Origin: an uncultured Clostridia bacterium
GTDB taxonomy: Bacteria > Bacillota > Clostridia > TANB77 > CAG-508
NCBI GenBank assembly: GCA_963931445.1
Contig: OZ007016.1
Location: 1,358,538 to 1,422,537 of the forward strand
Length of the DNA stretch: 64,000 nucleotides
Reading direction: 5' to 3'
The first letter of the stretch is position 1. The number at the start of each line of letters is the position of its first letter. The notes beneath the pieces were generated by a model that was not told the origin of the DNA, did not search any database, and saw nothing but the letters and a program-made list of their open reading frames with translations. Of this stretch, positions 38,062 to 48,910 are shown in pieces. The translations under genes and the position numbers were made by a program.

Positions 38062-38247
38062 CTTTTATTCCTCCTTTTTGTTTTACCTCCACAAAGTATT
38101 AACATTTAAAAAGACTTGTTTTTTAGCAAGTTTAAAATGCTATAAAACAAGCACTCCTCTTTAAACTAACTTGTGTGTGTTTTTTTTAACATATATTAGT
38201 ATAACATATATATTAAGCATTTTCAATACTTTTTTTGCATTTTTTAC

Positions 38248-38934
38248 CTATTTCTTCCTTCTTTTCATTTTCCTTAATTCATCTTTTGTTATTTTATCTA
38301 TTCTATTTGATTCTATTATTTTTTGTATTGCTTTATTATATGTAAAGTCATCTAATCTATTATTTTTTAAAAATTCTATTACTTTAGTTTTGCTTTTTAC
38401 AAATGCTACAGAAACTCCCCAAGCTATTCCCATTTTTACATAATATTTATCTAATTTTATGTTTTCATATATTTCTAATACACTATCTATATATTCATCT
38501 ATTAAATAGTAATCCATTAGCATTATACATAAAAATCTCACTTCAAATTCATTTTGAGAATCTTTGTATTTTTGTAAATATTTCCACATTTCTTTTAAAC
38601 TTTTATTTGTAAATTTATAAGTAGAGCAACAACAATCACATATAGCCCAATTATCTATTATTTGAACAAATGTATCTAAATATTTTAGTCTTGTTTCTAA
38701 CTCTTCATTAATGTAACCTATTACCAAACCATATATCATTTTTTCTTCATAAAATTCACATTTATAATTATCTAAAAACTCTTTCCAATTTTCTTTTGAA
38801 ATTCTTTTTGCTATTTCTCTTAGTTTAGGTATTCTTACTCCTATAATGTTACTTACATTTGGACATAATGAACTATTAAATTCTTTATACTTCTCATCTG
38901 CAATTTTATATAATTCTTCTCTTAAACTTATCAT
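38248..38934 (-). CDS. DNA alkylation repair (AlkD-like HEAT repeat) family protein
   Basis: ADEKYKEFNSSLCPNVSNIIGVRIPKLREIAK and ...NWAICDCCC... pattern of the DNA_alkylation family. Confidence 0.6.
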   Translation of the reverse strand: MISLREELYKIADEKYKEFNSSLCPNVSNIIGVRIPKLREIAKRISKENWKEFLDNYKCEFYEEKMIYGLVIGYINEELETRLKYLDTFVQIIDNWAICDCCCSTYKFTNKSLKEMWKYLQKYKDSQNEFEVRFLCIMLMDYYLIDEYIDSVLEIYENIKLDKYYVKMGIAWGVSVAFVKSKTKVIEFLKNNRLDDFTYNKAIQKIIESNRIDKITKDELRKMKRRKK

Positions 38935-39100
38935 TACTTTCTCCGCTTCTATTCTATAATTTAATATTAGATTTTACATTATTATAATATTTTTTCTTTA
39001 TATTGTCTGTATAAATTATCATATTTTTTATAATTATATAAAATTTGGTTCATATATATACGAAAAATAGCTCTACAAATTTGTAAAGCTATTTATTTAA

Positions 39101-39919
39101 CTATGCACTCTTCAATTCAAGCCTCAATTTATCAGCTATCATTGCGATAAATTCACTGTTTGTAGGCTTGCCTTTATCAGCAGATACAGTATAACCAAAT
39201 ATTCTTTCTACTGTTTCTTGTTGACCTCTTCCCCATGCTACTTCTATTGCATGTCGAATAGCTCTTTCAACTCTTGATGGAGTTGTCTTATACATACTTG
39301 CAATCTCTGGATATAATTGTTTTGTAATTTGATTAATCATATCAATATTATTTACTACCATTATTATAGCTTCTCTTAGGTATTGATACCCTTTAATATG
39401 AGCTGGAACACCAATTTCATGTATTATATTTGTAACTAATGCTTCTAAATTTTCTTCATTTTTTTGGTTTATTGGGGATATATCTATATATTGTGCTTTT
39501 ATTTCTCTATTTATTAAATTCATTTTATTATTTGTTGGTTGATAATATTTAAGTTCCTTTATTCTTTTTATTAAAATACTTATGTCAAATGGTTTTACTA
39601 TATAATATTGTGCTCCTAATTCAATAGCTTTTTGTGTTATTTTATCTTGACCAACTGCAGATAAAATAATGCACATAGGCATTTTGCTTACTTGTTCTGA
39701 ATTTAATTTTTCTAATACTCCTAACCCATCTAAATGTGGCATTATAATATCTAATAATGCTATATCTGGTTTAGTTTCTAAAATTTTTTCAAAAGCATCC
39801 TGCCCATCTCTTGCTACTCCTACAACTTCTAAGTCTTCATCTCTTGATAAATGATTTACTAATGTTTTTGCAAAATCTTGATTGTCATCTGATACTAAAA
39901 TTTTGATTTTTTCTTTCAA
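39101..39919 (-). CDS. spo0A: Sporulation master regulator Spo0A
   Basis: Receiver domain ([12 protein letters not shown]) and a Spo0A-specific C-terminus [18 protein letters not shown]...[17 protein letters not shown]. Confidence 0.95.
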   Translation of the reverse strand: MKEKIKILVSDDNQDFAKTLVNHLSRDEDLEVVGVARDGQDAFEKILETKPDIALLDIIMPHLDGLGVLEKLNSEQVSKMPMCIILSAVGQDKITQKAIELGAQYYIVKPFDISILIKRIKELKYYQPTNNKMNLINREIKAQYIDISPINQKNEENLEALVTNIIHEIGVPAHIKGYQYLREAIIMVVNNIDMINQITKQLYPEIASMYKTTPSRVERAIRHAIEVAWGRGQQETVERIFGYTVSADKGKPTNSEFIAMIADKLRLELKSA

Positions 39920-40012
39920 TGTTCTATCCCCCTAATATTAAAAATTGTAAAATTTTTACAGTCAGATTATATAACTTTTTCCAAAATTTTACAATAGTTT
40001 TTTTAAAATTTT

Positions 40013-40654
40013 TTAATTTTTATTTTTTTCTATATATTTTTCCTTAATAATATTATACTTTAGAAGATTTATTATTTTATTATCATATTTAGTATCAAAT
40101 ATTTGATTTTTTTGTTTTTTAGTTACTTCTATTTTACATATTATATTTTCTTTATAATCTATATTAGTAATATTTATATTATTTTTACTACAATAGTATT
40201 TAAATTTTTCTATATCTTGATATAATATTTCGACTTCTACTTCATAGCCTAATTCTTTTTCTATTATTTCTGACTTTTCTACTACCTTTGTTGAAGCTTC
40301 AGCATATGCTCTAGTTAATCCTCCTGTGCCTAATAATATTCCTCCAAAATATCTTGTAACAATTATTAATACATTATTTAAATTATTTTTTTCTATTACA
40401 TTTAAAATAGGTGAACCAGCTGTTCCATTTGGTTCACCATCATCACTATATTTTTTTATTAAATTTTCTGAATTTATTATATATGCATAACAATTATGCC
40501 TCGCATCATTGTATTTCTTTTTTGTATCTTTTATAATTTTTTCTGCTTCTTCCACATTTTCAACATAAAAAATATTTGCTATAAATTTAGACTTTTTTTC
40601 ATTTATTTCTGCTCTTTCTTCTCTTTTTATAGTTTTAAATTTTTCTACACTCAT
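40013..40654 (-). CDS. YigZ/IMPACT family protein
   Basis: KKSKFIANIFYVENVEEA...ARHNCYAYII...DDGEPNGTAGSPIL. Confidence 0.8.
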   Translation of the reverse strand: MSVEKFKTIKREERAEINEKKSKFIANIFYVENVEEAEKIIKDTKKKYNDARHNCYAYIINSENLIKKYSDDGEPNGTAGSPILNVIEKNNLNNVLIIVTRYFGGILLGTGGLTRAYAEASTKVVEKSEIIEKELGYEVEVEILYQDIEKFKYYCSKNNINITNIDYKENIICKIEVTKKQKNQIFDTKYDNKIINLLKYNIIKEKYIEKNKN

Positions 40655-40675
40655 ATACTTAACCTTTCTTATTTT

Positions 40676-41941
40676 TTATAAACCTGCTGTATAACCAGTA
40701 GAATATGCAATTTGTAAGTTAAAACCTCCAGTATAAGCATCTACATCTATTATTTCTCCTGCAAAATATAATCCTTTTATAAGTTTTGATTCCATTGTTT
40801 TTGGATTTATTTCTTTAATATTTATTCCTCCAGAAGTTATTATTGCCTCCTCTATCGGTCTAAATCCTTGTATTACTATTTCTAATTTTTTCATAACCTC
40901 TATAAGCTTTAATCTTTCTTTTTTAGTTATTTCATTAACTTTTTTATCTGGTTGTATTTCAGATAATTTAATTATTACTGGTATCATCTTTTTTGGTAAT
41001 AAATCTTCTAAACTATTTTTAAAAGCTTTATTTTTTTCTTTATCAAAATCTCTTAATATTCTTTCATTTAATTTTTCTTCTGAAAGAGCTGGTTTCAAAT
41101 CAATTAAAAGTACAACATCTCCACTTTTCATTAAATTTTCTATATTTTTATATCTTAATAAATGTGCCGTTCCACTTAAAATAATTGGACCAGAAACTCC
41201 AAAATGGGTAAATATCATTTCTCCAAAGTCTTCATATATTATTTTATTGTTTGTTTTATCTTTAAAATATATATGAACATTTTTTAGACTTAATCCTTGC
41301 ATTTTTCTACATATTTCTAAGCTTTTTTCTTTATTCACACTAAGTGGTACTAATGATGGCTTTATTTTTGTTATACTATGACCTAAATTTTGTGCTATTT
41401 TGTATCCATCTCCGGTTGATCCAGTACCTGGATAACTTTTTCCTCCTGTAGCTAAGATAACTTTATCTGCTAAAATAGTGTTTTCTTTTCCATTTGTTAT
41501 TGCTTTTACTCCACATACTTCCTTATTTTCTTTTAGTAGTATTTCTTCTACTTTTGTATTTAATATAATTTTTACATTTAACTTATTTATTATTCTTATC
41601 AATGCTTTTTGAACATCTTGCGAACTATCTGTTACAGGAAAAACTCTATTTCCCCTTTCTACTTTTGTTTTTACTCCTTCTTTTTCTAACATTTTAATAA
41701 TATCTACATTATTAAAATTATTAAAGCAACTATACATAAACATACCATTACCTGGTATGTTTTTTATAAAATCTTCTATTGGAATACTGCTTGTTATATT
41801 GCATCTTCCTTTTCCTGTTATTAGAAGTTTTTTTCCAAGCATATTCATTTTTTCTAAAATAGTAACATCATTTCCATTTTGTGCAGAAGAAATAGCTGCT
41901 AACATTCCAGCAGGTCCTCCACCAATTACTACTACTTTCAT
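40676..41941 (-). CDS. HI0933/YhiN-like NAD(FAD)-utilising flavoprotein
   Basis: MKVVVIGGGPAGMLAA..., GKGRCNIT, and a C-terminal GGFNLQIAYSTGYTAG. Confidence 0.75.
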   Translation of the reverse strand: MKVVVIGGGPAGMLAAISSAQNGNDVTILEKMNMLGKKLLITGKGRCNITSSIPIEDFIKNIPGNGMFMYSCFNNFNNVDIIKMLEKEGVKTKVERGNRVFPVTDSSQDVQKALIRIINKLNVKIILNTKVEEILLKENKEVCGVKAITNGKENTILADKVILATGGKSYPGTGSTGDGYKIAQNLGHSITKIKPSLVPLSVNKEKSLEICRKMQGLSLKNVHIYFKDKTNNKIIYEDFGEMIFTHFGVSGPIILSGTAHLLRYKNIENLMKSGDVVLLIDLKPALSEEKLNERILRDFDKEKNKAFKNSLEDLLPKKMIPVIIKLSEIQPDKKVNEITKKERLKLIEVMKKLEIVIQGFRPIEEAIITSGGINIKEINPKTMESKLIKGLYFAGEIIDVDAYTGGFNLQIAYSTGYTAGL

Positions 41942-41959
41942 TTACTGCTCCTTATATTT

Positions 41960-43210
41960 TTACTTACCTTCCATATTTTCTATTGCTTTAAGGACTCCTA
42001 TTTTTCCGTATTCATAAGTAAGTCCACCTTGCATAAATGCTATATATGGTGGTCTTATTGGTCCATCACATGAAAGTTCTATTGATGAACCTTGAGTAAA
42101 TGCTCCTGCTGCCATAATAACTTTATCTGTATAACCTGGCATATCCCATGCTTCTGGTATTGAATTAGAATCTATTGGTGAACCCATTTGTATTCCTTGA
42201 CAATATTTTATAAGTTTTATTTCATCATTGAAATTAATATTTTGTACTATATCTGCTCTTTCTTCATCATATTTTGGTTCTACCTCATAACCTAATTTTT
42301 CTAGCATTCTACTTGCAAAAACTGCTGTTTTTAAGCTACTTGATACAACAGAAGGTGCCATGAATAACCCTTGTAAAATTGATTTTGTTATTCCTAGAGT
42401 TGGTCCTACTTCTTTTCCCTCTCCTGGTACAGTAAGTCTTTCAGCTGCTAATTTTATTAGCTCTTTTTTTCCTGCAATATATGCTCCATTTGGTGCAATC
42501 CCCCCTCCAAGATTTTTTATTAGTGATCCTACTATTACATCTGCCCCTACTTCTAAAGGTTCTTTTTCATTTACAAATTCACAATAACAATTATCTATCA
42601 TAATTATTGCATCTTTGCTATATTTTCTTATATGTTTTATAACTTTTTCTACTTGTTCTATTTTTATGCTTTTTCTAGTACTATAACCTTTTGATCTTTG
42701 TATTTCTATTAATTTTACTTTTCCCTGTTTTAGTCTTTTTTCTATTTGCTCATAATCAAAATCATTATTAATTAATTCTATTTTTTCATAATTAATTCCA
42801 AAAGATTTTAATGAACTATTATTTTCTTTAATTCCTATAACTTCATCTAGAGTATCATATGGCTTGCCTGCTATACTAAGCATTGTATCACCAGGTCTTA
42901 AAAATGCAAATAAAGCAACAGTTAAAGCATGTGTACCAGAAATAAATTGTCCTCTTACTAAAGCATCTTCTGCTCCAAGTACTTCTGCAAATACTTTTTC
43001 ACATGTATCTCTTCCTATATCTCCATAACCATACCCTGTAGTTTGATTAAAATGCATATCAGAAATATTATTTTTTTGAAATGATTTTAATACTTTTATT
43101 GAATTATATTCACAAACTTTATTAATTTTTTTAAATATAGGTTCTATATCTTTTTCTACTTCATTTGCTAAATTAATTAGTTTGTCTGATATTCCAAATT
43201 CTTGGTACAT
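41960..43210 (-). CDS. YnbB / methionine gamma-lyase-like PLP enzyme (aluminium-resistance family)
   Basis: FQKNNISDMHFNQTTGYGYGDIGRD and SLIKNLGGGIAPNGAYI motifs. Confidence 0.7.
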   Translation of the reverse strand: MYQEFGISDKLINLANEVEKDIEPIFKKINKVCEYNSIKVLKSFQKNNISDMHFNQTTGYGYGDIGRDTCEKVFAEVLGAEDALVRGQFISGTHALTVALFAFLRPGDTMLSIAGKPYDTLDEVIGIKENNSSLKSFGINYEKIELINNDFDYEQIEKRLKQGKVKLIEIQRSKGYSTRKSIKIEQVEKVIKHIRKYSKDAIIMIDNCYCEFVNEKEPLEVGADVIVGSLIKNLGGGIAPNGAYIAGKKELIKLAAERLTVPGEGKEVGPTLGITKSILQGLFMAPSVVSSSLKTAVFASRMLEKLGYEVEPKYDEERADIVQNINFNDEIKLIKYCQGIQMGSPIDSNSIPEAWDMPGYTDKVIMAAGAFTQGSSIELSCDGPIRPPYIAFMQGGLTYEYGKIGVLKAIENMEGK

Positions 43211-43228
43211 TTTATTTTTCTCCTTTAA

Positions 43229-44977
43229 CTAATTTTCATCTATTTTATCTGTATAATAACTATTTCCATACCATTCTTGAACTTTATAATATTTACCTAT
43301 AAAGTTTGGACTAATATCTTCTATTTCATATATAGGTTCTTGAACTATCTCCCCATTTTCGTTTATTACGCCCCATTTATCATCTAATTTTATTCCTGCA
43401 AACCCATATACATTTAATTCTGTCACCATATCATATTTTTTATCTACTACTGTATTTCCTTGTTTATCTACAAAACCCCATTTCCCATTTATTTCTTCTG
43501 CATATAATTTATTATTAGGAAATACTTCTTTTCCTGTTAATTCTTTTCCTGTATAATCAAAATATCTATTTTCAGTTTCTGAATAAACTCTAATATAATT
43601 ATCTTTTATATCTATATTAGCATTTTCCATTGTAACTACTATTTGCATATTTTTATTTATTAAACTGACTGTACTAGTTTCTGATATATTTGCTTGTAAT
43701 AGTTCTGTATTATTAATTTTTATAATACTATTATAATTTAAATCTACTAATGATTTTCCTGTTAAATCTATTATTCCATTTTTTCTACCATTAGCAACAA
43801 TATAATAGTTATTATCTATTTCTTCTATATTAGTATATTTTTTATCTATTATTACATTTCCGTTTTTGTCAATTATATAATATATACCTTCTTTATCGTA
43901 TACTATGTAATTTTGGTTATCTTTTGTAGGCATTTTGTATACATAACCATCAGTCATTTCATTTCCATTTAAATCTAATATTTTATCTTGTCCATCTTCT
44001 GTTGCATTAATATATATTCCACCAAAACTAATATTACTATATTTTGTATCTATTTTTATTTTCCCGCTTCTATCTACTATTCCTTGTTTACCATTTCTTT
44101 GAACTATAAATACATCATTATATGCATAATAAATAATTTCTTCATATTCATAATTTAATAATAATTTATTATTTTTTAGTAATCCTGCTTGTCCATCTTT
44201 ATATGCAACTATATAAACATCTTTTTCATTTTCAATTTCTGTAACTCTCTCTATTTGTGTATAACTATTATCTAATATTACTTTACCTTTATAATCTATA
44301 TACCCATATCTATACCCTTCATCTTTAATTTTACAAGTTATAAAACCTGTTCTTTGGTATTTGGTATTTGTATCATAATAATTATCTACAGATATATTAT
44401 CATATTCTGTTTTTATAACTTCTACTCCATTTATATTTATAACTCCATATTTTGTTCCTTGTTTTACAAGAAGCATTCCTTCTTTATATGTTACTGCTTC
44501 TATTTCATCATATATTGGTTTAGTTATTTCTTTTCCATCTATACTTATTAAACCAAGTTTCCCATCTTTTTTATATTTTAATACTGTATTTTCAAAAGGA
44601 ACTTCATCTGCTGTAGTATCTGTTGGTATTGCTTGAACATTACTATAACCAGTAATTATTTGTTCTCTTTTTTCATTTAAAACTTTTGTTTCATATTCCT
44701 TAGTTTCTGTATTGTAATTAGACATACATACAAATACTGGTTTTGATGGATTAGGAATTTGTATAATATTATAATTTGGTTCTATTATTATATTGCCACT
44801 TTTATCTACTACTCCATATTTTCCATCAACTTTAACTTGGTTATATAAAATTTCACTAACATATTCAACATCAAAAACATATTTTGCTCTATTTTTAAAA
44901 TATATAATTGATATACTCACAGTTAATATTATAATTATTAATATTATAACTATTGATATTATTTTCTTTTTACTCAT
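43229..44977 (-). CDS. Membrane-anchored WG-repeat (KWG) protein
   Basis: N-terminal TM and many G-K-[WY]-G-[VFL]-[IV]-D..G repeats, for example NGKWGFVDKQGN and DDKWGVINENGE. Confidence 0.7.
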   Translation of the reverse strand: MSKKKIISIVIILIIIILTVSISIIYFKNRAKYVFDVEYVSEILYNQVKVDGKYGVVDKSGNIIIEPNYNIIQIPNPSKPVFVCMSNYNTETKEYETKVLNEKREQIITGYSNVQAIPTDTTADEVPFENTVLKYKKDGKLGLISIDGKEITKPIYDEIEAVTYKEGMLLVKQGTKYGVININGVEVIKTEYDNISVDNYYDTNTKYQRTGFITCKIKDEGYRYGYIDYKGKVILDNSYTQIERVTEIENEKDVYIVAYKDGQAGLLKNNKLLLNYEYEEIIYYAYNDVFIVQRNGKQGIVDRSGKIKIDTKYSNISFGGIYINATEDGQDKILDLNGNEMTDGYVYKMPTKDNQNYIVYDKEGIYYIIDKNGNVIIDKKYTNIEEIDNNYYIVANGRKNGIIDLTGKSLVDLNYNSIIKINNTELLQANISETSTVSLINKNMQIVVTMENANIDIKDNYIRVYSETENRYFDYTGKELTGKEVFPNNKLYAEEINGKWGFVDKQGNTVVDKKYDMVTELNVYGFAGIKLDDKWGVINENGEIVQEPIYEIEDISPNFIGKYYKVQEWYGNSYYTDKIDEN

Positions 44978-44994
44978 ACATTATCTCCTTTGTT

Positions 44995-46317
44995 TTATTC
45001 TTCATTACTTTCTTTTTCTTGTTGTTCATTCATATTTCTACATATTTTTACATATTTTATTCTCTTGTCATCTATTTCTTCTACTTTATATGTTAAATTA
45101 CTATCTTCTAGTATTGGATGTTCGTTTTCATCTGGTATTCTCCCTAATTTATCTATTAAATAACCTGATAATGTTTCATAATCTCCTTCTGGTAATTCTA
45201 TATTAAAATTCTTTTTTAATTCGTATGTTGTAATTGCTCCACTTAAAATATATGTATTTTCATCTATTTTCTTAAATTCAATTTCCTCTTCGTCATATTC
45301 ATCAAATATATTTCCAACTAATTCTTCAATAATATCTTCCATTGTAATTAATCCAGCTGTTCCTCCATATTCATCTATTACTATAGCTAGTTGAACTTTA
45401 TTTTGTTGCATTTCTTTAAAAAGTTCATCTATATCTTTAGATTCTGGTACAAAATATGGTTCTCTTATTAATTTTTTTATATCAATTTTTTTATTATCTT
45501 TTAATGGTTTTAAAAGGTCTTTAACAAATAATATTCCTTTAATATCATCAATACTTTCCTCATATACTGGTACTCTACTATATTTAAATTCATCTATTTC
45601 ATCTAATATTTCTTTTATATCATCATTTATGTCTATCGCATACATTTCTGTTCTTGGTGTCATAATTTCAGAAACTATTATATCATTAAATTCGAAAACA
45701 TTATTTAAGAGTAGCTTTTCTCCTTTTTCTATTGTACCTTTTTCTTCTCCTTCATCAATCATCATTTTTATTTCTTCTTCTGTTACAACTTCTTCTTCTG
45801 ATTCACTTACTCCAAATATTTTTGAAACAATATTTGTGGAGAATGTAAGTAGTTTTACAAATGGTGCTGTTATTGTTGATATTCCTCTTATTACCCCTAT
45901 TGTTGCATAAGATATTTTTTCATAATATTTCATTGCTAATCTTTTTGGAACCAATTCTCCAAATACAAGAGTAAAAAAAGATAATATAATTGTTATTAAT
46001 ATTATTGAAATTCCTCTCCAAGCTGACAAATTTAAAAATGGCATTAACTCATTTAATATTGGAGCTAATTTATCAGCAAAAGCATCTGATGCAAATGCAC
46101 TAGATAAAAATCCTGCTAATGTTATTCCTATTTGAATAGTTGCTAAAAATTTGCTAGGTGATTTTAACATTTTTAAAATACTTTTTGCTTTTTTATTTCC
46201 CTCTTTTGCTTCTTTTTCTATTCTAGCATCATTTAATGATATAAATGCAATTTCTGTTGCTGCAAAATAAGCATTAAGTAATATTAAAATTATTAAAACT
46301 GTTATTTGTGTTAACAT
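44995..46317 (-). CDS. Hemolysin/CNNM-family protein (DUF21-CBS-CorC_HlyC)
   Basis: DUF21 TM region, a CBS pair (IMTPRTEMYAI...) and a C-terminal transporter-associated domain. Confidence 0.8.
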   Translation of the reverse strand: MLTQITVLIILILLNAYFAATEIAFISLNDARIEKEAKEGNKKAKSILKMLKSPSKFLATIQIGITLAGFLSSAFASDAFADKLAPILNELMPFLNLSAWRGISIILITIILSFFTLVFGELVPKRLAMKYYEKISYATIGVIRGISTITAPFVKLLTFSTNIVSKIFGVSESEEEVVTEEEIKMMIDEGEEKGTIEKGEKLLLNNVFEFNDIIVSEIMTPRTEMYAIDINDDIKEILDEIDEFKYSRVPVYEESIDDIKGILFVKDLLKPLKDNKKIDIKKLIREPYFVPESKDIDELFKEMQQNKVQLAIVIDEYGGTAGLITMEDIIEELVGNIFDEYDEEEIEFKKIDENTYILSGAITTYELKKNFNIELPEGDYETLSGYLIDKLGRIPDENEHPILEDSNLTYKVEEIDDKRIKYVKICRNMNEQQEKESNEE

Positions 46318-46535
46318 TAAAATTTTCCTTTCTATGTAATTTTAATTAATATTGTTTACATATATAATGATAAGTTATTTCAGTCTCGTTGTCAAGAAAT
46401 TACAAAAGAAAAGACTTATTTTAATATACAAAAATATTATTTTTTTCGATAATATTTTTAATATTTATTCTAAGTCTTTTGCAATATAATATATTAAATT
46501 TTTGTTAATTAATTCTTAATATTTAAAATTTCTAA

Positions 46536-47807
46536 TTAAAACCCTGTTCTTGGAAGATTTATTTCTTTTTTTCCAGTTTGAGTTATATTTTCATCTTCTA
46601 CTATTTTATCTTCATTTTCAGGCTTTTTATAATTATTTACATTTACAGTATATTTTTGATTTAATTCAATTTCAATTTCTATTAGTTCATCATATATTGT
46701 ATAGCCATCTGGAGATTTTACTTCTTGTATATAATATTTTCCAGGAATAATATTTTCCACTACAGCTATTCCTTTTTCATTTGTTGTAACATCAGAATAT
46801 ACTATTTTTTTATTTTCATCTAATATATTAAATTTAGCCTCTTTTAATAATTCTTTTGTTTCTGCATCTTTTTTTATTATTTCTATTTTAGTTGTATTTG
46901 GTAAATATTTTATTTTGGCTTTTGTACTTTGAAATTCATACTCTCCTGCAACTAATGCATAACTTTGTTTAGAAGAATCTCCTGAATCTCCATATAAAAT
47001 AGGTTTTGTTTTAACTTCTGCTGTAACTTCTAATTCCAATTCTCCACTTTTATCTAATTGTGATATAGGAATTAAAATTTTAAAGTTTTCTCCTGATTTA
47101 TATTCATGTTTTTCTATATTATTACCATCAACAATTTTTACATTTTCTAAATCTAATTTATTTAATTTTATTGTATATTTTGTATACTCTAAATTAGCTT
47201 CAACTTCAAATTCTTTGCTAATATAATTAGGATCTATATTATCTAATTTCCATTTTTCACTAATTTGATTTATATTAACTATAGATACTGGCTTTGTTTG
47301 AGATGAACTTCTAGCTATTTTTGCAATCTTTTCTGCTGCATTAACTACTCTGTCACCTTGAGAATTTAATCCAGCAAATTTTTTCCAATTATAATTATAC
47401 ATTGCATCATAAACTGCCATTTTAGTTGCAGCAAATGCTTCTATATCACTATTACATCCAAGCTCTTTTGCTGTTTTAAATGGATAACCATTTACTACTG
47501 CTCTCCATATTTTATTATCTGTAACTAATCTATCTGCTTTTACTGTATAACCTTCTGTTGATGTAACACCTGGTAAATTTCTATTTAAGCAATATGCTGG
47601 ATATTCTATTCCATTTTTTTTGTATACAACAAATTCCACTCCTACTTTTATTCCATCATATGTAAAACATACTAATTCTCCTTTAGAATATAAATTTGCT
47701 TCTTCTATTATATATGTAGCTGCATTTACTTCTTGCTCAAATATATTAAAACTAAAAAATATTGATATTATTATTGTTAATATTGATATTATTTTTTTTA
47801 ACTTCAT
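46536..47807 (-). CDS. Secreted adhesin/pilin-like protein: thioester-type domain plus Cna-B/SpaA fold, ending at LPRTGF
   Basis: Signal peptide. AYCLNRNLPGV...VVNGYPF...EAFAATKMAVYD (TQxA-type domain with K in place of Q). C-terminal KFNILDENKKIVYSDVTTNEKGIAVVENIIPGKYYIQEVKSPDGY. The ORF stops directly after LPRTGF. Confidence 0.6.
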   Translation of the reverse strand: MKLKKIISILTIIISIFFSFNIFEQEVNAATYIIEEANLYSKGELVCFTYDGIKVGVEFVVYKKNGIEYPAYCLNRNLPGVTSTEGYTVKADRLVTDNKIWRAVVNGYPFKTAKELGCNSDIEAFAATKMAVYDAMYNYNWKKFAGLNSQGDRVVNAAEKIAKIARSSSQTKPVSIVNINQISEKWKLDNIDPNYISKEFEVEANLEYTKYTIKLNKLDLENVKIVDGNNIEKHEYKSGENFKILIPISQLDKSGELELEVTAEVKTKPILYGDSGDSSKQSYALVAGEYEFQSTKAKIKYLPNTTKIEIIKKDAETKELLKEAKFNILDENKKIVYSDVTTNEKGIAVVENIIPGKYYIQEVKSPDGYTIYDELIEIEIELNQKYTVNVNNYKKPENEDKIVEDENITQTGKKEINLPRTGF

Positions 47808-47835
47808 ATTTTTTCCTTCTTTCTATTTATATTTT

Positions 47836-48528
47836 TCAAATTATCTCTTTTGCTTGAACACATCTTCTATATTCATACATATTTTCTACACAAGTTATCA
47901 AAGTTATTCTATTATCTATAGTATCTTCTATATACCTCCAATCTGTTTGATATATTATTTCATTCATCTCAACACTATATTCTCTTTTACCATTTTCAGT
48001 ATAATATATAATTTTATCTCCTTTTTTTAATTTTTTAATATTTTGAAAAAAGTTACAATTATACCCTCTATTATGACCAGCTAGAGCTACATTTCCATTC
48101 CATTTTTGACTTTCATTAAAATGTCCCACTGCTGTAGCTAATATTTCTTGTGTGGTTCCAGATTTTATTGGAGCTATTAAACCTATTTTTGGTATTTCTA
48201 TTCTCCATATATTTTCTATTTCTTTTTGCTTACTATATGTTTCTTTCTCTTTTTTATTTGTTATAGTTTTACTTTTATTTACATTATAATCAATATTTGA
48301 CACTTGTAACAGTTCTAATAATTTATCATTTAAATTTGTTTTTATATTTCTTTTTTTCGCTATTACATATTTATTTTGATAAATTACACTTACATTACTT
48401 ATTTGATTATTTAATCTATTATTATTTTTAAATATTGAAATATCTAATATTGCAAATAAGATTACAGATAAAATTATAGTTACAAAAAACGAAACTGTAT
48501 TAATCCATTTGCTTGTATAGTTTAACAC
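47836..48528 (-). CDS. Sortase family transpeptidase
   Basis: N-terminal TM. VALAGHNRG, and ITLITC with the catalytic Cys. Confidence 0.8.
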   Translation of the reverse strand: MLNYTSKWINTVSFFVTIILSVILFAILDISIFKNNNRLNNQISNVSVIYQNKYVIAKKRNIKTNLNDKLLELLQVSNIDYNVNKSKTITNKKEKETYSKQKEIENIWRIEIPKIGLIAPIKSGTTQEILATAVGHFNESQKWNGNVALAGHNRGYNCNFFQNIKKLKKGDKIIYYTENGKREYSVEMNEIIYQTDWRYIEDTIDNRITLITCVENMYEYRRCVQAKEII

Positions 48529-48743
48529 ATAAAATGCACCATCCTTTATATTGTATTTTTAATAATAATTTTGAATTTAATTTAGAAATTAATTAAATTT
48601 AGGCTTTAAAAAAATTATTTGTTGATTAAAACATATTTGATTTATTATAGATTTAAATTGAATAAATTAACTTTTGATAAAAATTGCAATTTTTATTATG
48701 TAAATATGATACTATATATTATTTGATTTGTAAAGATTTTTTC

Positions 48744-48761
48744 ATCGACATTTATCGACAT
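48744..48761. promoter_or_regulatory. Direct repeat ATCGACAT x2 with 10-bp period upstream of the sortase operon
   Basis: ATCGACATttATCGACAT. The reverse complement reads ATGTCGAT x2, which is close to the 0A box TGTCGAA. Confidence 0.3.
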
Positions 48762-48834
48762 AAATCATTTATAGATACTATTCTGTATTATTAAAATTCT
48801 AAAATATCTATTTACAAAAAATTGTTGGCATATA

Positions 48835-48879
48835 CGGGGAATATTGACACATTTTTTAACTATGTCAATATTCCCCGTC
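48835..48879 (-). terminator. 16-bp perfect hairpin downstream of the histidine kinase gene
   Basis: ACGGGGAATATTGACA...TGTCAATATTCCCCGT. There is no strong U-run. Confidence 0.45.
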
Positions 48880-48910
48880 ACTCCTGATAAATTCTCTCAA
48901 CTTCTTGTAA

